A DNA stretch of 64,000 nucleotides from an uncultured delta proteobacterium. GTDB taxonomy: Bacteria; Desulfobacterota; RBG-13-43-22. Made by a program: the position numbers and the translations under genes. Each line of letters opens with the position of its first letter. Position 1 is the first letter of the stretch. Shown in pieces: positions 49,637-62,184 of this stretch. The notes beneath the pieces are model-generated. The model did not search any database, had not been told where the DNA came from, and saw only the letters and a list, made by a program, of their open reading frames with translations. The stretch covers positions 1 through 64,000 of the forward strand of contig CAVUPH010000009.1 of NCBI GenBank assembly GCA_963743305.1, read 5' to 3'.

Positions 49637-50755
49637 TTACCCCTGATCCAGGGCCGCGGATATTTCCTCCAGCACCAGGCCCTCGCTTTTGGGCCGAATA
49701 GCGTTCAAAGCCTTCCGGGCTTCCCGGCCGCCGATACGTCCCAGGGCCCAGGCGAGCATGCCCAACACCCTTTCGTCTTGATTTTCTTCCCAGGCCCGGA
49801 TCAGCTCCGGGATATAGCGCTCGTCCAGGCTGTTGCCCATGACCCGGGCCACATTCATTTTCCACCGCCAGAGTTCTTTATCCGACATATAGAACATGTG
49901 GGGCCAGACGCGGGCGTTGAAGTAGGGGGCATCCATGTGCAGCAATTTTTCAAGTCCGAAGTCCTCCACCATGGCGGCCACCTTTTGATTGACCGGCAGC
50001 CCCTTGGCCAGCCAAGGGAGGTTCCGGGGACAGACATTCTGGCAGTGGTCGCAGCCATAGACCCACAGGCCCATAGGCTCCCGCAGCTCCCGCGGAGTCA
50101 GCCCCTGCCCAAAATAAGTCAAATAAGAAATGCATTTATAGGGATCTATGTGGCGGGGTCCCTTCAAGGCGCCGGTGGGGCAGGCCACCAGGCAGGTATT
50201 CCGGCACCACTCGGGACAGCCGACGGTCAGGGTCGGCTCGTCGGGTTCAAACTCCCGGTTGACCACCACCGCGATGGGCAGGACCCAGGAGCCCCGACCG
50301 ACCAGTTGATTGGAATAAAACAGACAGTTTTTGCCGAAAGTTCCCAGGCCGGCCCGGGCCGCGGCCACCCGGTGGGGCAGGTGAAAGGGGATCTGGGCCT
50401 GAATGCCCTGGTCCCGAAGAAAGGAACGAAAGGCCTTGATCCTTTGGGCCAACCGGTCCTTGGTGACCCGGTCGTCATCCAGGTAACAACGGCCGAAATG
50501 ACGTTCCAGGGCCGGGGGATAGGACTCCCTGAAATAGTCCTCCATCAAGACCAGGATGGACCGGGCATCGGGAAGGATATTTTTCGGGTCGGTCCCGGCC
50601 ATCAAGTCCAGGCCCGATCGAAAGGCCCATTGGTATTCTTTAGCGCGTTCCCGCAGGATTTCCTGTTGGTGCAAAAAAGGATCGGCCGTGGTAACCCCGA
50701 GGGCTCCAAAACCACAATTCCGGGCCTGGACTATAATATCGTCTTTAGAGAGCAT
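49637..50755 (-). CDS. Epoxyqueuosine reductase QueG-like Fe-S protein with HEAT repeat
   Basis: AARAGLG..GKN, C..CP TGAL, CISYLT, YGCDHCQNVCPRN, NVARVMGN, AWALG. Confidence 0.85.
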   Translation of the reverse strand: MLSKDDIIVQARNCGFGALGVTTADPFLHQQEILRERAKEYQWAFRSGLDLMAGTDPKNILPDARSILVLMEDYFRESYPPALERHFGRCYLDDDRVTKDRLAQRIKAFRSFLRDQGIQAQIPFHLPHRVAAARAGLGTFGKNCLFYSNQLVGRGSWVLPIAVVVNREFEPDEPTLTVGCPEWCRNTCLVACPTGALKGPRHIDPYKCISYLTYFGQGLTPRELREPMGLWVYGCDHCQNVCPRNLPWLAKGLPVNQKVAAMVEDFGLEKLLHMDAPYFNARVWPHMFYMSDKELWRWKMNVARVMGNSLDERYIPELIRAWEENQDERVLGMLAWALGRIGGREARKALNAIRPKSEGLVLEEISAALDQG

Positions 50756-51468
50756 TTTCTTCGCCTCACGGAAAAAATGCGGCTATAGTACCGCAGAAGA
50801 ATCTTCCCGTCCAGACCTTTTGATCAGGCGCCGGCCCAAGCTCACCAGGAGGAATCCATCACCCACCAGGCTAAAAAATCGCTTGCTATCCGAACCGACA
50901 ATTACCTAAAGTTGGGAAGAGGGAGAAATTCATGACCCTGAAAACAACTATTCTGGCCGGCGGAATCGTCCGTGCCGGGCCGCGGTCGGAAAGGGACCGG
51001 TGGACGGATTGAAGTGGTGGAGGTCGAAGTCCCCGGGGACGGGTTTCCTTAAATTACGTATTTAGTGGGATAGACAGGGCCTTTCGTGCGGCCTTCGCTA
51101 ACGCTAGGAAAAAATGACGCTTCGCCCTTTTGGGTGGGTACCCCCTATATCGGGTATGGGCGCCGGGTCTCGGCGAAAGGGTTTTCCATATTGCTTTTTA
51201 GGTTCTAACCCGGCCCCCGAGTTTTCAAATCTTCCCGGAGGAAGGGCCTACCTGACAGGCATCAAAGCATCGGCGTGCGGGCCTGCTTTAAATAATGTTA
51301 GTAACTTAGGCCCGGATTCGAAGTCCGGAATACCTTTGGAAAACCCACGCCGAGACCCGGCGCCCACGGAGCCAGATTGCAAACCAAGTACTATATATTG
51401 TGGCCACCCACCCAAAAGGGCGATCAACCGAAAAAATTTGTCGATCGTCTTCGCCTTCAGGAGGGATC

Positions 51469-52167
51469 ATGAGCGCACCTTCTATTTCCATTTCCTATTT
51501 GTTTGATTTTGAAAATGGCCACGTGAAAACTTTTGAAGCCCTGTTGAATGCCTCGACCTTGTCTCTGTTTCTCCCTGAATCCTATGAAATTCCATCATGG
51601 GCCCATGCCTTTCGCTGCTCGCAATATCCCCCGGTGACCGCCGATAGCCATTGTTGTAGTATTTGTATCAATATCTCCCATCTGATGGAAGAATTCAAAA
51701 CGTTCGATTCCGTTACCCCCTGCACGATTACCGTTCGGACCAAGGAGCGTAATTATACCCTGAAATCCAATGTCCAACGGGGCCTTTCCTCCATATTGGG
51801 TCTCTATATGGCGACCAGTGATTGCCCCTTCCTGACCTTTTTGCGTCCTATGGCGCGATTCCATTTACCTTTCGCTTCAACGGAAGAAACCATCTTCCGT
51901 TCGACGGGTTCTTATTTGATCGGACAGTATTTTAAAGCAAGAAAGAACAACCAGGCAGATTTTGCACTAGGCCAGTTACCGGCGACTTACAGCAAGGTTT
52001 CCAGAATCAATCATGATATTATTCGGCATTTGCGCAATAATTACTATACCCATGATGCCTATGCCAATTCCCTGGTCATTCTCGACAATTTTGCCCAGAT
52101 GATCTCGGCGTTTCTCCCCGAAGAACTCGACGAGTTTGCTCCATTTTACGATCAAATCATAAAATAA
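51469..52167 (+). CDS. Conserved hypothetical protein (possibly DUF6901-like)
   Basis: GGAGG RBS; MATSDCP..LRPMARFHLPFASTEET; lower GC than neighbours. Confidence 0.7.
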   Translation: MSAPSISISYLFDFENGHVKTFEALLNASTLSLFLPESYEIPSWAHAFRCSQYPPVTADSHCCSICINISHLMEEFKTFDSVTPCTITVRTKERNYTLKSNVQRGLSSILGLYMATSDCPFLTFLRPMARFHLPFASTEETIFRSTGSYLIGQYFKARKNNQADFALGQLPATYSKVSRINHDIIRHLRNNYYTHDAYANSLVILDNFAQMISAFLPEELDEFAPFYDQIIK

Positions 52168-52309
52168 TATCAGCGTTAGGCCATAGCTATTCATTGGCGA
52201 GCGGAAGAAACGACTCGGACTCCACCAGGACTGGCGAAAGTCCGAGCCGCGAGGAAGGAGTGACGGGCGGATCAAAGCATCTTTAAGCAACAGGCCCGGT
52301 TGCCAGGCG

Positions 52310-52519
52310 CTAGGCGGGTCTTTTCCCCCCCGATGGTTTTTCTTCCTTTTGATTATCTCTGGAATCCGTTCCTTCCAGGCCCGTATCCTCCAGGCCCTTC
52401 TTAAAGCCCGTAATGGCCTGGCCTAAACTTTTCCCCAGACTGGGTAAATTTTTTGCTCCGAAGACGAAAAAGGCTATAATCAGAATAATAATTAACTCTT
52501 GGTTCCCGATGCCGAACAT
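52310..52519 (-). CDS. tatA: Twin-arginine translocase subunit TatA/E
   Basis: MFGIGNQELIIILII..FGAKNLPSLGKSLG..FKKG. Confidence 0.92.
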   Translation of the reverse strand: MFGIGNQELIIILIIAFFVFGAKNLPSLGKSLGQAITGFKKGLEDTGLEGTDSRDNQKEEKPSGGKRPA

Positions 52520-53232
52520 GGGTGACCTCCTTTTTAAGAATAAAGACCGGTTTGGAGATGTGGATGAAGGAAGGGCGGTCTTTTAACAGCGAAGGACGGG
52601 CAGTCTCTGGAGAAGGATTAGGAGTGAAAGAAAGGTTAAGCAGGTGACAACCGACAATCAAAAGAAAAACGGAAAAAGGCAGAAAAAAAAGCCATCCCCG
52701 GCCAAACTACCCGGGCTTCCTCGCACCGGGGAAATCTTGGGCCGGATCCTCCAGGGCCAAATTACCCTTAAGAATATCCGAATCCAACAGGCCGAAGTAG
52801 ATGCCTAAAATAGGAGCCAGGGTTATCCAGAACAATAAGAGGATAATCCCCACTTTCCCTTGAATATTCGGCTTGAATTTCATGATCTTCGTCTCTTTTT
52901 AGTCTAATATAGCATCTTTTTGAATCAAGTCAAGGAAGCAGACCTAGCCCAAGATTACAAGTAAATGACTCAATTTCAAATATACTTTTTAACGTTATCG
53001 AGAAACGGAACGACTAATAGACTATTCGGGACTCCACGGGGGGAGGTCGCTCCGGGGCAAAAACCAGGTTGCGGGCGATAATGCTTCGGAGAGAAGAGAG
53101 ATGGCGTCGTTGACAAAGAGCAGGTAATACCTTATCTTGTTTATACATTCAAATTCATCTCTCGAAATTCCGATTGTTTTCAAAAAGCCAGTCTACCCTC
53201 TTACCTCAAACCAGAGAAACAGGTAAAAACTC

Positions 53233-54626
53233 ATGTTTTCAAAGGCAATGCCCAAAACTATAGCGGAAGAAAATATATTTCCGGCAAAAACGATACCGGA
53301 AGAATTAAATGAACCCGGCAGGACTGCGGACTTGTTGGATTGGCTATTTGGGATTTTCATCCTGGCCGGCCTGGGGATCCTGGTCTATACCAGCCTCACC
53401 GGAGGCCTGCTTTCCCCGATCATCCGGACCGCCAAAGCCGATCCCCGGGCTCACCCTGTTGGTCAGGCCCAGCCTGCTCTTGGCTGCCATGGGCAGCCTC
53501 TTTGTTGTTTTCCGGACCATGCTTTGGTTCCAATACCGGCCTTTCCCGTCGGCGAACTTTCAGAACGCCCCGTCGCTCACCGTCATCATCCCGGCCTATA
53601 ATGAAGGTCCGATGGTTGAAAAGTCCATCCATTCGGTCTTGGCGGCCGATTACCCCCGGGATCGACTGGAAGTTTTTGTGGTGGACGACGGGAGCAAGGA
53701 TGATACCTGGATGCATATCAAGCGGGCCGTGAACAAACCACCCGGACCAGGTCACGGCTATCCGCTTTCCGGTCAACCGGGGTAAAAGGGAAGCCCTGGC
53801 GGAAGCCTTTCTTAAGGCTCGGGGAGAAGTGGTTATTACTATTGATTCCGACAGCGTCATTACCAAGGGGACGCTGCTCTCCATGGCCGGTCCCTTTCAT
53901 GACCCGAAGGTGGGCGCCGTGGCCGGAAAGGTCAAGGCCTACAATCGGCAGCAGGGCCTCATCCCCCGCATGTTGCACGTTCGCTACGTCTTGTCCTTTG
54001 ATTTCCTGCGGGCGGTGCAATCAACCTATCGGACGGTATATTGCTGTCCGGGGGCCCTGGCGGGCTACCGGGTCGAGGTGGTCCGGAGGGTCCTGGAATC
54101 CTGGCGGAGGCAAACCTTTCTAGGGGTTCCCTGTACCTATGGTGAAGACCGGGCCTTGACCAATTTTATCCTGGCTCAAGGGTACGATGCCGTCTACCAG
54201 GGATCAGCCGAGGTATACACGATTGTTCCCTGGACGTATAAGCGACTTTACCGGATGTACCTCCGTTGGGATCGAAGTTATATCCGGGAGACCATCCATT
54301 TTTTCCGTATCGTCTGGAAGCGGCCCTTCTGGTCCTGTTTGGTTTCGCTGTTCGATATGATCATCAACCAACCTCCGCTATCCGGTGGGTGGGCCGCTTT
54401 GGGGATGTTGGTTTACCTTTCCTTTCAGGACCCGACCACCATTCTCCGCGTCTTCCTGGCCATCGGTATTTTTTCGTTTTTAAATACCTTATACTATGTT
54501 TACTGCGAGCGGCGGGGAGACTTCTTTTACGGGATTTTTTATGCCTATTTCTCCTTCCTGACCCTGTTCTGGATCTTCCCCTATGCCCTGCTGACCGTCC
54601 GTTCGAAGTCCTGGATGACCCGTTGA
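53233..54626 (+). CDS. GT2 processive glycosyltransferase, hyaluronan synthase/NodC-like; at least two frameshifts (near 53450, 53740)
   Basis: IIPAYNE, VDDGSKD, GKREAL, IDSDS, CCPG, GEDRALTN, LRW; C-terminal TMs and WMTR. Confidence 0.85.
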
Positions 54627-54879
54627 GTCTGCCGCCGGGAAAACGATCCGGAGATAGGGAGCGGATCGTTTTCTCCGCGCCGCTTTTATTTATGTCCGTG
54701 AATCAGTAGCTAATTTTCAGGCACCCGTCCAGGTCAAAGAAGCCCCCGTCCTTTCCCCAGGCAGCCAGCCCCTCCGCCACAATTCCTTCTATAGAATAAA
54801 GTTTTCTATTCAAATGCCGATCTGCTATTCAGGCTAAGCTCACCAACCCGCAGTTCGTAGGTACCGTAATGGAGGTCTT

Positions 54880-56352
54880 ATGGAGGTCTTAAAGAAGAAT
54901 ATTCGAAAAAAAGTCATGGTGGCGATCCTGATCACCTGCGCAGTAACCGCTCTGGCCTCGGGGATTGCCCTCAACGCGGTTTGGAAAATAAATCAGGTCC
55001 TTACCCACGTCGTACCCCAGGCCGAAGCCATGCTTATCGGCGTCAAAGACATTTACAGTCAGGGACTGCAACAGGGCCAGGCCATCCGTAACATCATCCT
55101 GGACCCCGGCAACGCCACCGCCTTTAAAAACCTGGAAAAGGCGGCGGAAGACTTCAATGCCGCCGGCCTGCGTTTAGCCGAGGTTACCAAGTCGGCGGGG
55201 GAGAACGGCTTCACCGCCAAAGTCCTGGAAATAGCCGATCTGGAGCGGGAAGATCTCAAGGTCCTTCGGGAAATTAGCGGGGTGGTCAAGGCCGGCCAGA
55301 AGGATCAGGCCGTAGAAATCCTGAATAGCCGGGAAACACCGCTGTGGCGGAAGAATAAAGAAATCATTCTCGACCTCAACAGTCAAATGGCGGAATACCG
55401 GAAACGGGTCTATGCCCAAACGGAGACCAAGGCCTATCGGCAGATGGTAGCTGTGGCGCTGGGTACGGCCCTGCCCATTCTTTTCGCCTTGGGACTGGGG
55501 CTGGCACTGCAGGCGGCCCTGCGGCGAATCGACAACATCGGGAAGAACATCCGGGAAGAAATTCAGTCGGTATCCGCGGTCTCCGGACAAGTTTCCACCG
55601 CCAGCCGGTCCCTGGCGGAGGATGCCTCCCGACAGGCCGCCGGCCTAGAGGAGACTTCCGCGGCTATTGAGGAGATGGCGGCGACGACCAGGCAGAATGC
55701 CGAGAGCGCCGATCAAGCCAATAACTTCATGATCGAAGCCGGGCACGTGTTGAAAGAGGCCAACCGCTCCATGAAGGGACTTATCCTGTCGATGGACCAG
55801 ATTTCCTCCGCCAGTGAGGATACGGGAAAAATAGTAAAAACAATCGATGGAATCGCCTTCCAGACCAACCTGCTGGCCCTCAACGCCGCCGTGGAGGCGG
55901 CCCGGGCCGGAGAGGCCGGGGCCGGCTTTGCCGTGGTCGCCAACGAGGTAAGAAACCTGGCCAGGCGCGCAGCCGAGGCGGCCCAAAATACCTCCAGCCT
56001 GATTGAGGAAACCGTCCGCAAGGTCAAGGAGGGATCGGAACTGGTGACCCAGACCAACGAGGTTTTCAGAAAAGTGGGAGAGCGAGCGAAGCGGGGCGGA
56101 ATGCTGGTGGCAGGAATCGCTGCGGCCTCGAATGAACAGTCCCGGGCCATCGACCAGATCCAGCGGGCGGTGGCCGAGATGGACCGCTTAACGCAGAAAA
56201 ATGCGGCCAGCGCGGAAGAGTCATCCTCCGCCTCGGTGGATTTGTCCGACCGTTCCGCGATGATGAGAGATCAAGTAAAAGAACTGGCGGATGTTATCGG
56301 TGGCAACGGCCGCCCCCTGATGATCGACCCGGAGGCTACGGTTTCTTGCTGA
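54880..56352 (+). CDS. Methyl-accepting chemotaxis protein
   Basis: Two TMs; [30 protein letters not shown]. Confidence 0.95.
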   Translation: MEVLKKNIRKKVMVAILITCAVTALASGIALNAVWKINQVLTHVVPQAEAMLIGVKDIYSQGLQQGQAIRNIILDPGNATAFKNLEKAAEDFNAAGLRLAEVTKSAGENGFTAKVLEIADLEREDLKVLREISGVVKAGQKDQAVEILNSRETPLWRKNKEIILDLNSQMAEYRKRVYAQTETKAYRQMVAVALGTALPILFALGLGLALQAALRRIDNIGKNIREEIQSVSAVSGQVSTASRSLAEDASRQAAGLEETSAAIEEMAATTRQNAESADQANNFMIEAGHVLKEANRSMKGLILSMDQISSASEDTGKIVKTIDGIAFQTNLLALNAAVEAARAGEAGAGFAVVANEVRNLARRAAEAAQNTSSLIEETVRKVKEGSELVTQTNEVFRKVGERAKRGGMLVAGIAAASNEQSRAIDQIQRAVAEMDRLTQKNAASAEESSSASVDLSDRSAMMRDQVKELADVIGGNGRPLMIDPEATVSC

Positions 56353-58591
56353 AAGCGGCGATAAAGGGATTGTTCACAAAAGTACTTTGAGCTTTCGGTT
56401 CCCGGCCCGGTCGCCCTTCACCCTTCTTCTCTTTTCCTTTGGCCTTCAAACCCGATGAGGAAGATCCGCTCTTCAGGGAAAGGGAAATCCGCTTCCGGCT
56501 CAGGTCCACTTCCAGCACCCGGACCGTCACTTTTTGTTGTAAGCTGACCACCTCGGCCGGGTTTTTCACAAAACGGTCAGCCAGTTCGCTCACATGGACC
56601 AGGCCGTCTTGATGGACGCCAATGTCCACGAAGGCCCCGAAGGCGGTAATGTTGGTCACTACGCCGGGAAGCTTCATTCCCGGCCGGACATCCTCGATCT
56701 TCTCCACCCCCTCGGCAAAATGGAAGGCCTCGAACTGCTCCCGGGGATCGCGACCGGGTTTGGAGAGTTCGACCAGAATATCCTCAAGGGTGGGCAGGCC
56801 CGCCTTCTCCGAGACGTAGCGGCTAAGATCGATTCGTCCGCGGAGGAGCTCATCGTGGAGCAGATCGCTCATCGAACAGCCCAGGTCCCGGGCCATGGCA
56901 TCGACCAGGGGATAGCTCTCCGGATGGACGGCGCTTCCGTCCAGTGGGTTCTCGCCGTCGCGGATGCGCAGAAAGCCGGCGGCCTGCTCAAAGGCCTTGG
57001 GGCCCAGCCGGGGCACCTGTTTCAACGCCTCCCGGGAACGGAAGGGGCCGTTCGTATTCCGGTACTCCACGATCCCTTTGGCCAGTTGAGGTCCCAATCC
57101 GGAGACGTAGGTCAGCAGTTGTTTGCTGGCCGTGTTGACCTCCACACCTACCCGGTTGACGCAGCTCACCACCACGTCATCCAGGCTGCGCTTCAAGGCG
57201 GTCGGATCCACGTCATGCTGGTACTGGCCGACCCCGATCGACTTGGGGTCGATTTTGACCAGTTCGGCCAGCGGATCCATCAGCCTCCGCCCGATGGAAA
57301 CGCTCCCCCGGACGGTAACATCCTGATCGGGAAATTCCTCCCGGGCGACTTCAGAGGCCGAGTAGATGGAGGCGCCGCTCTCATTGACCATGATCACCTG
57401 GATGCCCGGGGGCAAATCAAGACCGCGGATGAACGTTTCGGTCTCCCGGCCGGCCGTACCGTTGCCGATGGCGATGGCCTCAATGCCGAAACGGTCGCAC
57501 CATTCCCGAATGCGGACGCCGGCCTGGACGGTGCTTTTCTCGGACAATAGAAAAATAGTTTCATGATGGATCAGTTTCCCCTGGGGGTCGAGGCAGATCA
57601 CCTTGCACCCGGTCCGGAATCCGGGATCGATGGCCAGGACCATTTTCCGGCCCAGGGGCGGGGTCAGAAGGAGCTGGCGGAGGTTCTCGGCAAAAACCCG
57701 GATGGCTTCCTGGTCGGCCTTTTTTTTCGTCTCCAGGCGGATTTCGGTCTCCATGGAGGAAGAAAGGAGCCGCTTGTATCCATCCTGCACGGCCAGTTGA
57801 ACTTGCCGGGAGGCCGGCCCTTCCCCTTTGATGAAAAGATGTTCCAGGACCTCCAAAGCCCCCTCTTCCGGGGGGATGACCCGCAGGGTAAGAAAGCCCT
57901 CCTTTTCCCCCCGACGCAGAGCCAGGATCCGGTGGGAGGGCGCGCTGGTCACGGGTTCCTCCCAGTCAAAATAATCCCGGTATTTGATCCCCGCCTCTTC
58001 CTGGCCCGTGATAATTTTCGATCGGAAAACCGCCTGCGAGGCGAAATAATCCCGCATCCGGGCCCGGGCGGTCTCATCCTCGCTGATCCATTCGGCGATA
58101 ATGTCGCGGGCCCCGGCCAGGGCTTCTTCCGCTGATGCCACCCCTTTTTCCGAATCGATGTAGGCCGAAGCCTCGGTGTCGGGGTCCAGTTCGCCCTGAT
58201 CAAAAAGACCGCGGGCCAGCGGCTCCAATCCTTTTTCCCTGGCGATGGTGGCCCGGGTCCGGCGTTTGGGCCGGAAGGGCAGATAAATATCTTCCAGGAC
58301 GGTCAGGGTCTCGGCGGCCTGGATTTTCTCCTTCAAGGCCTCCGTGAGCTGTCCTCTTTCCTCCATGGCTTTGAGAATGGACTCCCGGCGCTGGTCCAAC
58401 TCCAGGAGTTGACCCATCCGGTCCCGGACCGCGGTGACCGCCACCTCGTCCAGGGACCCGGTGGCCTCCTTCCGGTAGCGGGAGATAAAGGGCACCGTGC
58501 CCCCTCCGTCCAGAAGGTCGGCCGTGGCCTCTACCTGTCCGGGTGACAGGCCCAGTTCTTGGGCAATTTTTGATACATGGGTTTTATTCAT
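56336..58591 (-). CDS. tex: Tex RNA-binding transcription accessory protein
   Basis: [31 protein letters not shown]1 domain [13 protein letters not shown]. Confidence 0.96.
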   Translation of the reverse strand: MNKTHVSKIAQELGLSPGQVEATADLLDGGGTVPFISRYRKEATGSLDEVAVTAVRDRMGQLLELDQRRESILKAMEERGQLTEALKEKIQAAETLTVLEDIYLPFRPKRRTRATIAREKGLEPLARGLFDQGELDPDTEASAYIDSEKGVASAEEALAGARDIIAEWISEDETARARMRDYFASQAVFRSKIITGQEEAGIKYRDYFDWEEPVTSAPSHRILALRRGEKEGFLTLRVIPPEEGALEVLEHLFIKGEGPASRQVQLAVQDGYKRLLSSSMETEIRLETKKKADQEAIRVFAENLRQLLLTPPLGRKMVLAIDPGFRTGCKVICLDPQGKLIHHETIFLLSEKSTVQAGVRIREWCDRFGIEAIAIGNGTAGRETETFIRGLDLPPGIQVIMVNESGASIYSASEVAREEFPDQDVTVRGSVSIGRRLMDPLAELVKIDPKSIGVGQYQHDVDPTALKRSLDDVVVSCVNRVGVEVNTASKQLLTYVSGLGPQLAKGIVEYRNTNGPFRSREALKQVPRLGPKAFEQAAGFLRIRDGENPLDGSAVHPESYPLVDAMARDLGCSMSDLLHDELLRGRIDLSRYVSEKAGLPTLEDILVELSKPGRDPREQFEAFHFAEGVEKIEDVRPGMKLPGVVTNITAFGAFVDIGVHQDGLVHVSELADRFVKNPAEVVSLQQKVTVRVLEVDLSRKRISLSLKSGSSSSGLKAKGKEKKGEGRPGREPKAQSTFVNNPFIAAFSKKP

Positions 58592-58704
58592 CAGGGTTTT
58601 CTTTTGGGCTGCTTATCCGCCTTGTTTTTTGTTTTTTGTCTCTGTTTTTCGGTGTTCTGTTTCTGCCCCTTTTCCTTGTTTTTCTTGCCGCCCTTGTCTC
58701 CCAT
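58591..58704 (-). CDS. 37-aa Lys-rich small protein coupled to tex
   Basis: MGDKGGKKNKEKGQKQNTEKQRQKTKNKADKQPKRKP; AAGGAGAG RBS; TGATG stop/start overlap with tex. Confidence 0.6.
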   Translation of the reverse strand: MGDKGGKKNKEKGQKQNTEKQRQKTKNKADKQPKRKP

Positions 58705-58859
58705 TAGGTCTCTCCTTTTCCTGTTGTCGAAAACATCTTTTTAGCAAATGGTCTTTTGTGGCCGCCGCAGTAGGCCCGTCATTACTCCTGCTAATCTGGC
58801 ATACTTTTCAAAATCCGTCAAATACCCTTTTCAGAAAGGACCCACCGAGCTTCCCCGTT

Positions 58860-59100
58860 CAGGGAACTCGGTCCAGTTCTTTTCTTACAGCCAGCCCCAG
58901 TTTCTCGATGACATAGGGCTTTTTCACATAGGCGCCCGCACCCAAGGCCTGGGCGACCTCCACCCGATCCGACTCCGAAAAGCCGCTGACGATGATCGCC
59001 TTCTGTCGGGGATGGATTTCCAGATACTCGCTTATACGTGTCCAGTCCGTCCATGCCGGGCTCCATAATCATATCCAGCACCAGTAAATCCACTTCCTGC
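58860..59100 (-). pseudogene. Receiver-domain fragment
   Basis: DLLVLDMIMEPGMDGLDTY; other frame AIIVSGFSE..GAGAYVKKPY. Confidence 0.75.
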
Positions 59101-59406
59101 TCCCCAAAATGCCTGAGACCGCCAGGCTCAGCACCACGATCAGCAACCGGACCCCGGTTTTTCGTTCACGGTTCACTTTTCACTCTCTCTTAACGAAATA
59201 GGGGCGATGCGTTCCTGCCCCTCTTACTTGGTTCTCGACTTAAGATAAGGCAAGCAAAGAAGGTTACTTTTTCGCGGGAAATTAGATCAGGGTTGTCAGA
59301 AAAAATCAAGGGATTTAACTAACAGGGAACGGTCGGGGGGCTAGCGATGTTCGTTTAAAATCTGATGCCGGTGGGCCCAAACTTAAAAAAGCTTCAGGAA
59401 TTTTCT

Positions 59407-60250
59407 TTAGTGGCTAACCACAGCGTAGGCATTGCTTAGCACGACCGCCCGCTCGGTGCGGGCCCGGATGAGATAACGACCTGCGGATTCCCGCCAGCCC
59501 TCGGTGACGAGGGTCTCGCCCGGATAGACCGCGCCGGAGAAGCGGGCCTTGAATTCTTTAAAGCGCGGCACCTGCCCGCCGCAGGGGCCGTGGAGAATGG
59601 CCCGGGTAGCGTAGCCGTAGGTGCAGAGTCCATGGAGAATGGGCCGGTCGAAGCCGCCGCGCCGGGCGAACTCGGGGTCCAGGTGCAGGGGGTTCAGGTC
59701 CCCGCTGAGGCGGTAGAGGGCGGCCTGGTTCTCGGGAATGGGGTAAGCAACGCTGAAATCGGGCGCGACGCTTTCGGGAGGGTTCAAAGAAACGGCTTTA
59801 GGCCCCGGGTCGCCTCCAAAACCCCCGGCGCCCACATGAAAGGCGATATGCTCCACATCAAAGAGAGGGTCCCCTTTTTCGGTCCGGCCCGCGGTCAGAA
59901 AACGAATGACCGCGGCTTTGCCTTTGTCATAGACGTCGGCTATTCGGCTGGCGGCCATGATTCTCCCCTCGGGGGGGATCGGCCGATACAGGCGAATTCC
60001 CTGCTCGCCGTGCAGAAACCGAAAGCCCTCGACCTGCCGACTCAACTCGATGAGGAGTTTTCCGGAGGCCTTGGTGGCGAAGCTGGGAAAGACCAGGACC
60101 TCCCGGGGTATTTTCGTAAAGGAAAGGAAGCTCGTCCACCTGGGCGCCGATGCCCAAGGCGTAGAGGACCACATCCTTCCAGGTATAGGTGAACACAAAT
60201 TCCTGCGGATCTCTGGACACTGTATTCCAATCGATGCTCATTTCAGTCAA
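59407..60250 (-). CDS. MaoC double-hotdog (R)-hydratase; frameshift near 60100
   Basis: LYALGIGA, LHGEQ, YRLSGDLNPLH, PILHGLCTYG. Confidence 0.88.
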
Positions 60251-60418
60251 CCTCTCAAAGAAATTTTATGGCTTCCAGGAAACTCCTCTTCTCCCTGGAT
60301 CAGCCGGCAAACAAATTCCCTCCCTTTGGAAAAGGGAGGTCGGGAGGGATTTATTAATGCTTTTTCAAACAACTAAATTAATACCAAGTAAATATATAAA
60401 TGTCCCATCGTAATAATA

Positions 60419-61191
60419 TTACTCCCCGGTAAAAACGGGGTTTCGTTTCTCCAGAAAAGCCTGGAATCCTTCCATCCGGTCTTTGGTTTCCCGGACGGCG
60501 GCGGAACCCTCGGCCTCGGCCCGCAGCCCGGCATCGATCCCCTCATAAGTCCCCTCAGTTAAGGCCTTCAGGACCCAGCTCACGGCGATAGGCGGCCGCT
60601 CCGCCAGTTTCCGGGCCAATTCCAGGGCGTCTTCCATCAATTTTCCGGGTTCAGCCAAGCCGGTTGACCAGCCCGATCTCCAGGGCCTCCCGGGGGCCGA
60701 TCCGTTGGCTGAAGAGAATCATCTCCAAGGCCCTGGCCCGACCCACCAGACGGGGCAAGCGCTGGGTCCCGCCCCAGCCGGGGATAATCCCCAGGTTGAG
60801 TTCGGTCAGACCCGCGGAGGCTTTGGGGTTATCGACCATGATCCGGAAATGGCCGGCCATGGCCAGCTCCAACCCGCCACCCAGCAGCGTGGCCGTTCAA
60901 GGCGGCAATCGTCGGCTTGGGAAAACGATCCAGCCGCCTCCAGAGTTCCCGACCCAGGGGACTGGTCTTCGAGGCATTGGCCGCATCCGAGACATCGAAC
61001 CCCGAAGAAAAGATCTTTTCACCGGCCCCGGTCAGGATCACCACCCGGGTCTGCCGATCGTTTTCCAGGTGGTCCAATCGTTCCTTCAACTCCTCCATGG
61101 CCGCCAGGTTCCAGGCATTGGCCGGGGGGTGATCGATGGTCAGGATGCTGATGTGTTCTTTCTGCTCCAGAAGGATATGCTGAAAGGACAT
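60419..61191 (-). CDS. Enoyl-CoA hydratase/isomerase; two frameshifts
   Basis: FSSGFD, IAALNG, ELAMA, ELNLGIIPGWGGTQRL, AFLEKR.PVF.G. Confidence 0.88.
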
Positions 61192-61241
61192 GAATCACTC
61201 CTTTTCGACGTGAAGTGACTCGAAGGGATATTATCTTTAAA

Positions 61242-62030
61242 CTAGAACTTCATCCCCGGCAGATTGAGCGAGGCCGTGTTGCCCGTCCACGGCCGGGCTT
61301 GACCGGTCACGAAGCTGGCCTCGTCGCTGGCCGAAAGCGGCGGCGGCGGCGGTCTCCTCCGGCCGGCCGTAGCGCCGCAGTTCACCGCGCTTCCAGCTTG
61401 GCCTCCTTGCCCGAGGACCGGGCATACTCGAAGACCGGTCGGGTCATCCCGGTTTCGGATCAGCCCGGGGCAGACGGCGTTCACCCGCACATTCGGACCC
61501 GCCCAGATCGCGCAGGCCGCCGGTCGGGTGAAGTTAATCAGGGCGGCCTTGCTGGCGCTGTAGCGTTCCCCCGGCCCCGGAGCGAAGTGCCGGCCTCGAG
61601 GCGGTGTTGACGATGGCCCCGGAGCCCCGTCCTGCATGTGTCGGGCCAGGTGCTTGATCCCGTACATCGCGCCCAGCAGGTTGACCTCCAGGACCTTTTT
61701 CCAGTCCTCGCCGTCCTGCTCCTCCAGACCGGCCATTTGTCCGGGTGATACCGGCGTTATGTGATCAGGATATCGATCCGGCCGTAGGTGCTGAGGCCCA
61801 GGTCGATGAGACCCTTGACCTCTTGCTCCACCGATACGTCCACCGGTTTGATCACCGCTTTCCCTCCCGCCTCCTGGACCGCGGCCAGGGTCTCCTGCAA
61901 TCCGGTTCCTGGAGATGGCCGCGGATCAGTTCGGCCCCCTCCGGGCGAAGAGAATGGCCGTGGCCCGGCCGATGCCGCTGGCCGCCCCGGTGAGGCGGCT
62001 ATCTTGTCTTTCAAACGTCCGTTGTCTTTT
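61242..62030 (-). CDS. Short-chain dehydrogenase/reductase; many frameshifts
   Basis: RLKDKIA, GRIDIL, VNLLG, YSASKAA, VRVNAVCPG, SDEASFVTG. Confidence 0.8.
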
Positions 62031-62184
62031 AGTAGGTGCTCCTTTGCGCCTAAAAATTGAGCCCTGTTTATAGCAAGCCGGACAATTTTTGGAAACAACA
62101 ATTATCAGCTATTTTTCTTTTGCAATAAATGAAGTGGTTTAATAAACTAGTTTTAATAGCTGAAAACTGCCGGAGAAGAGGGGA

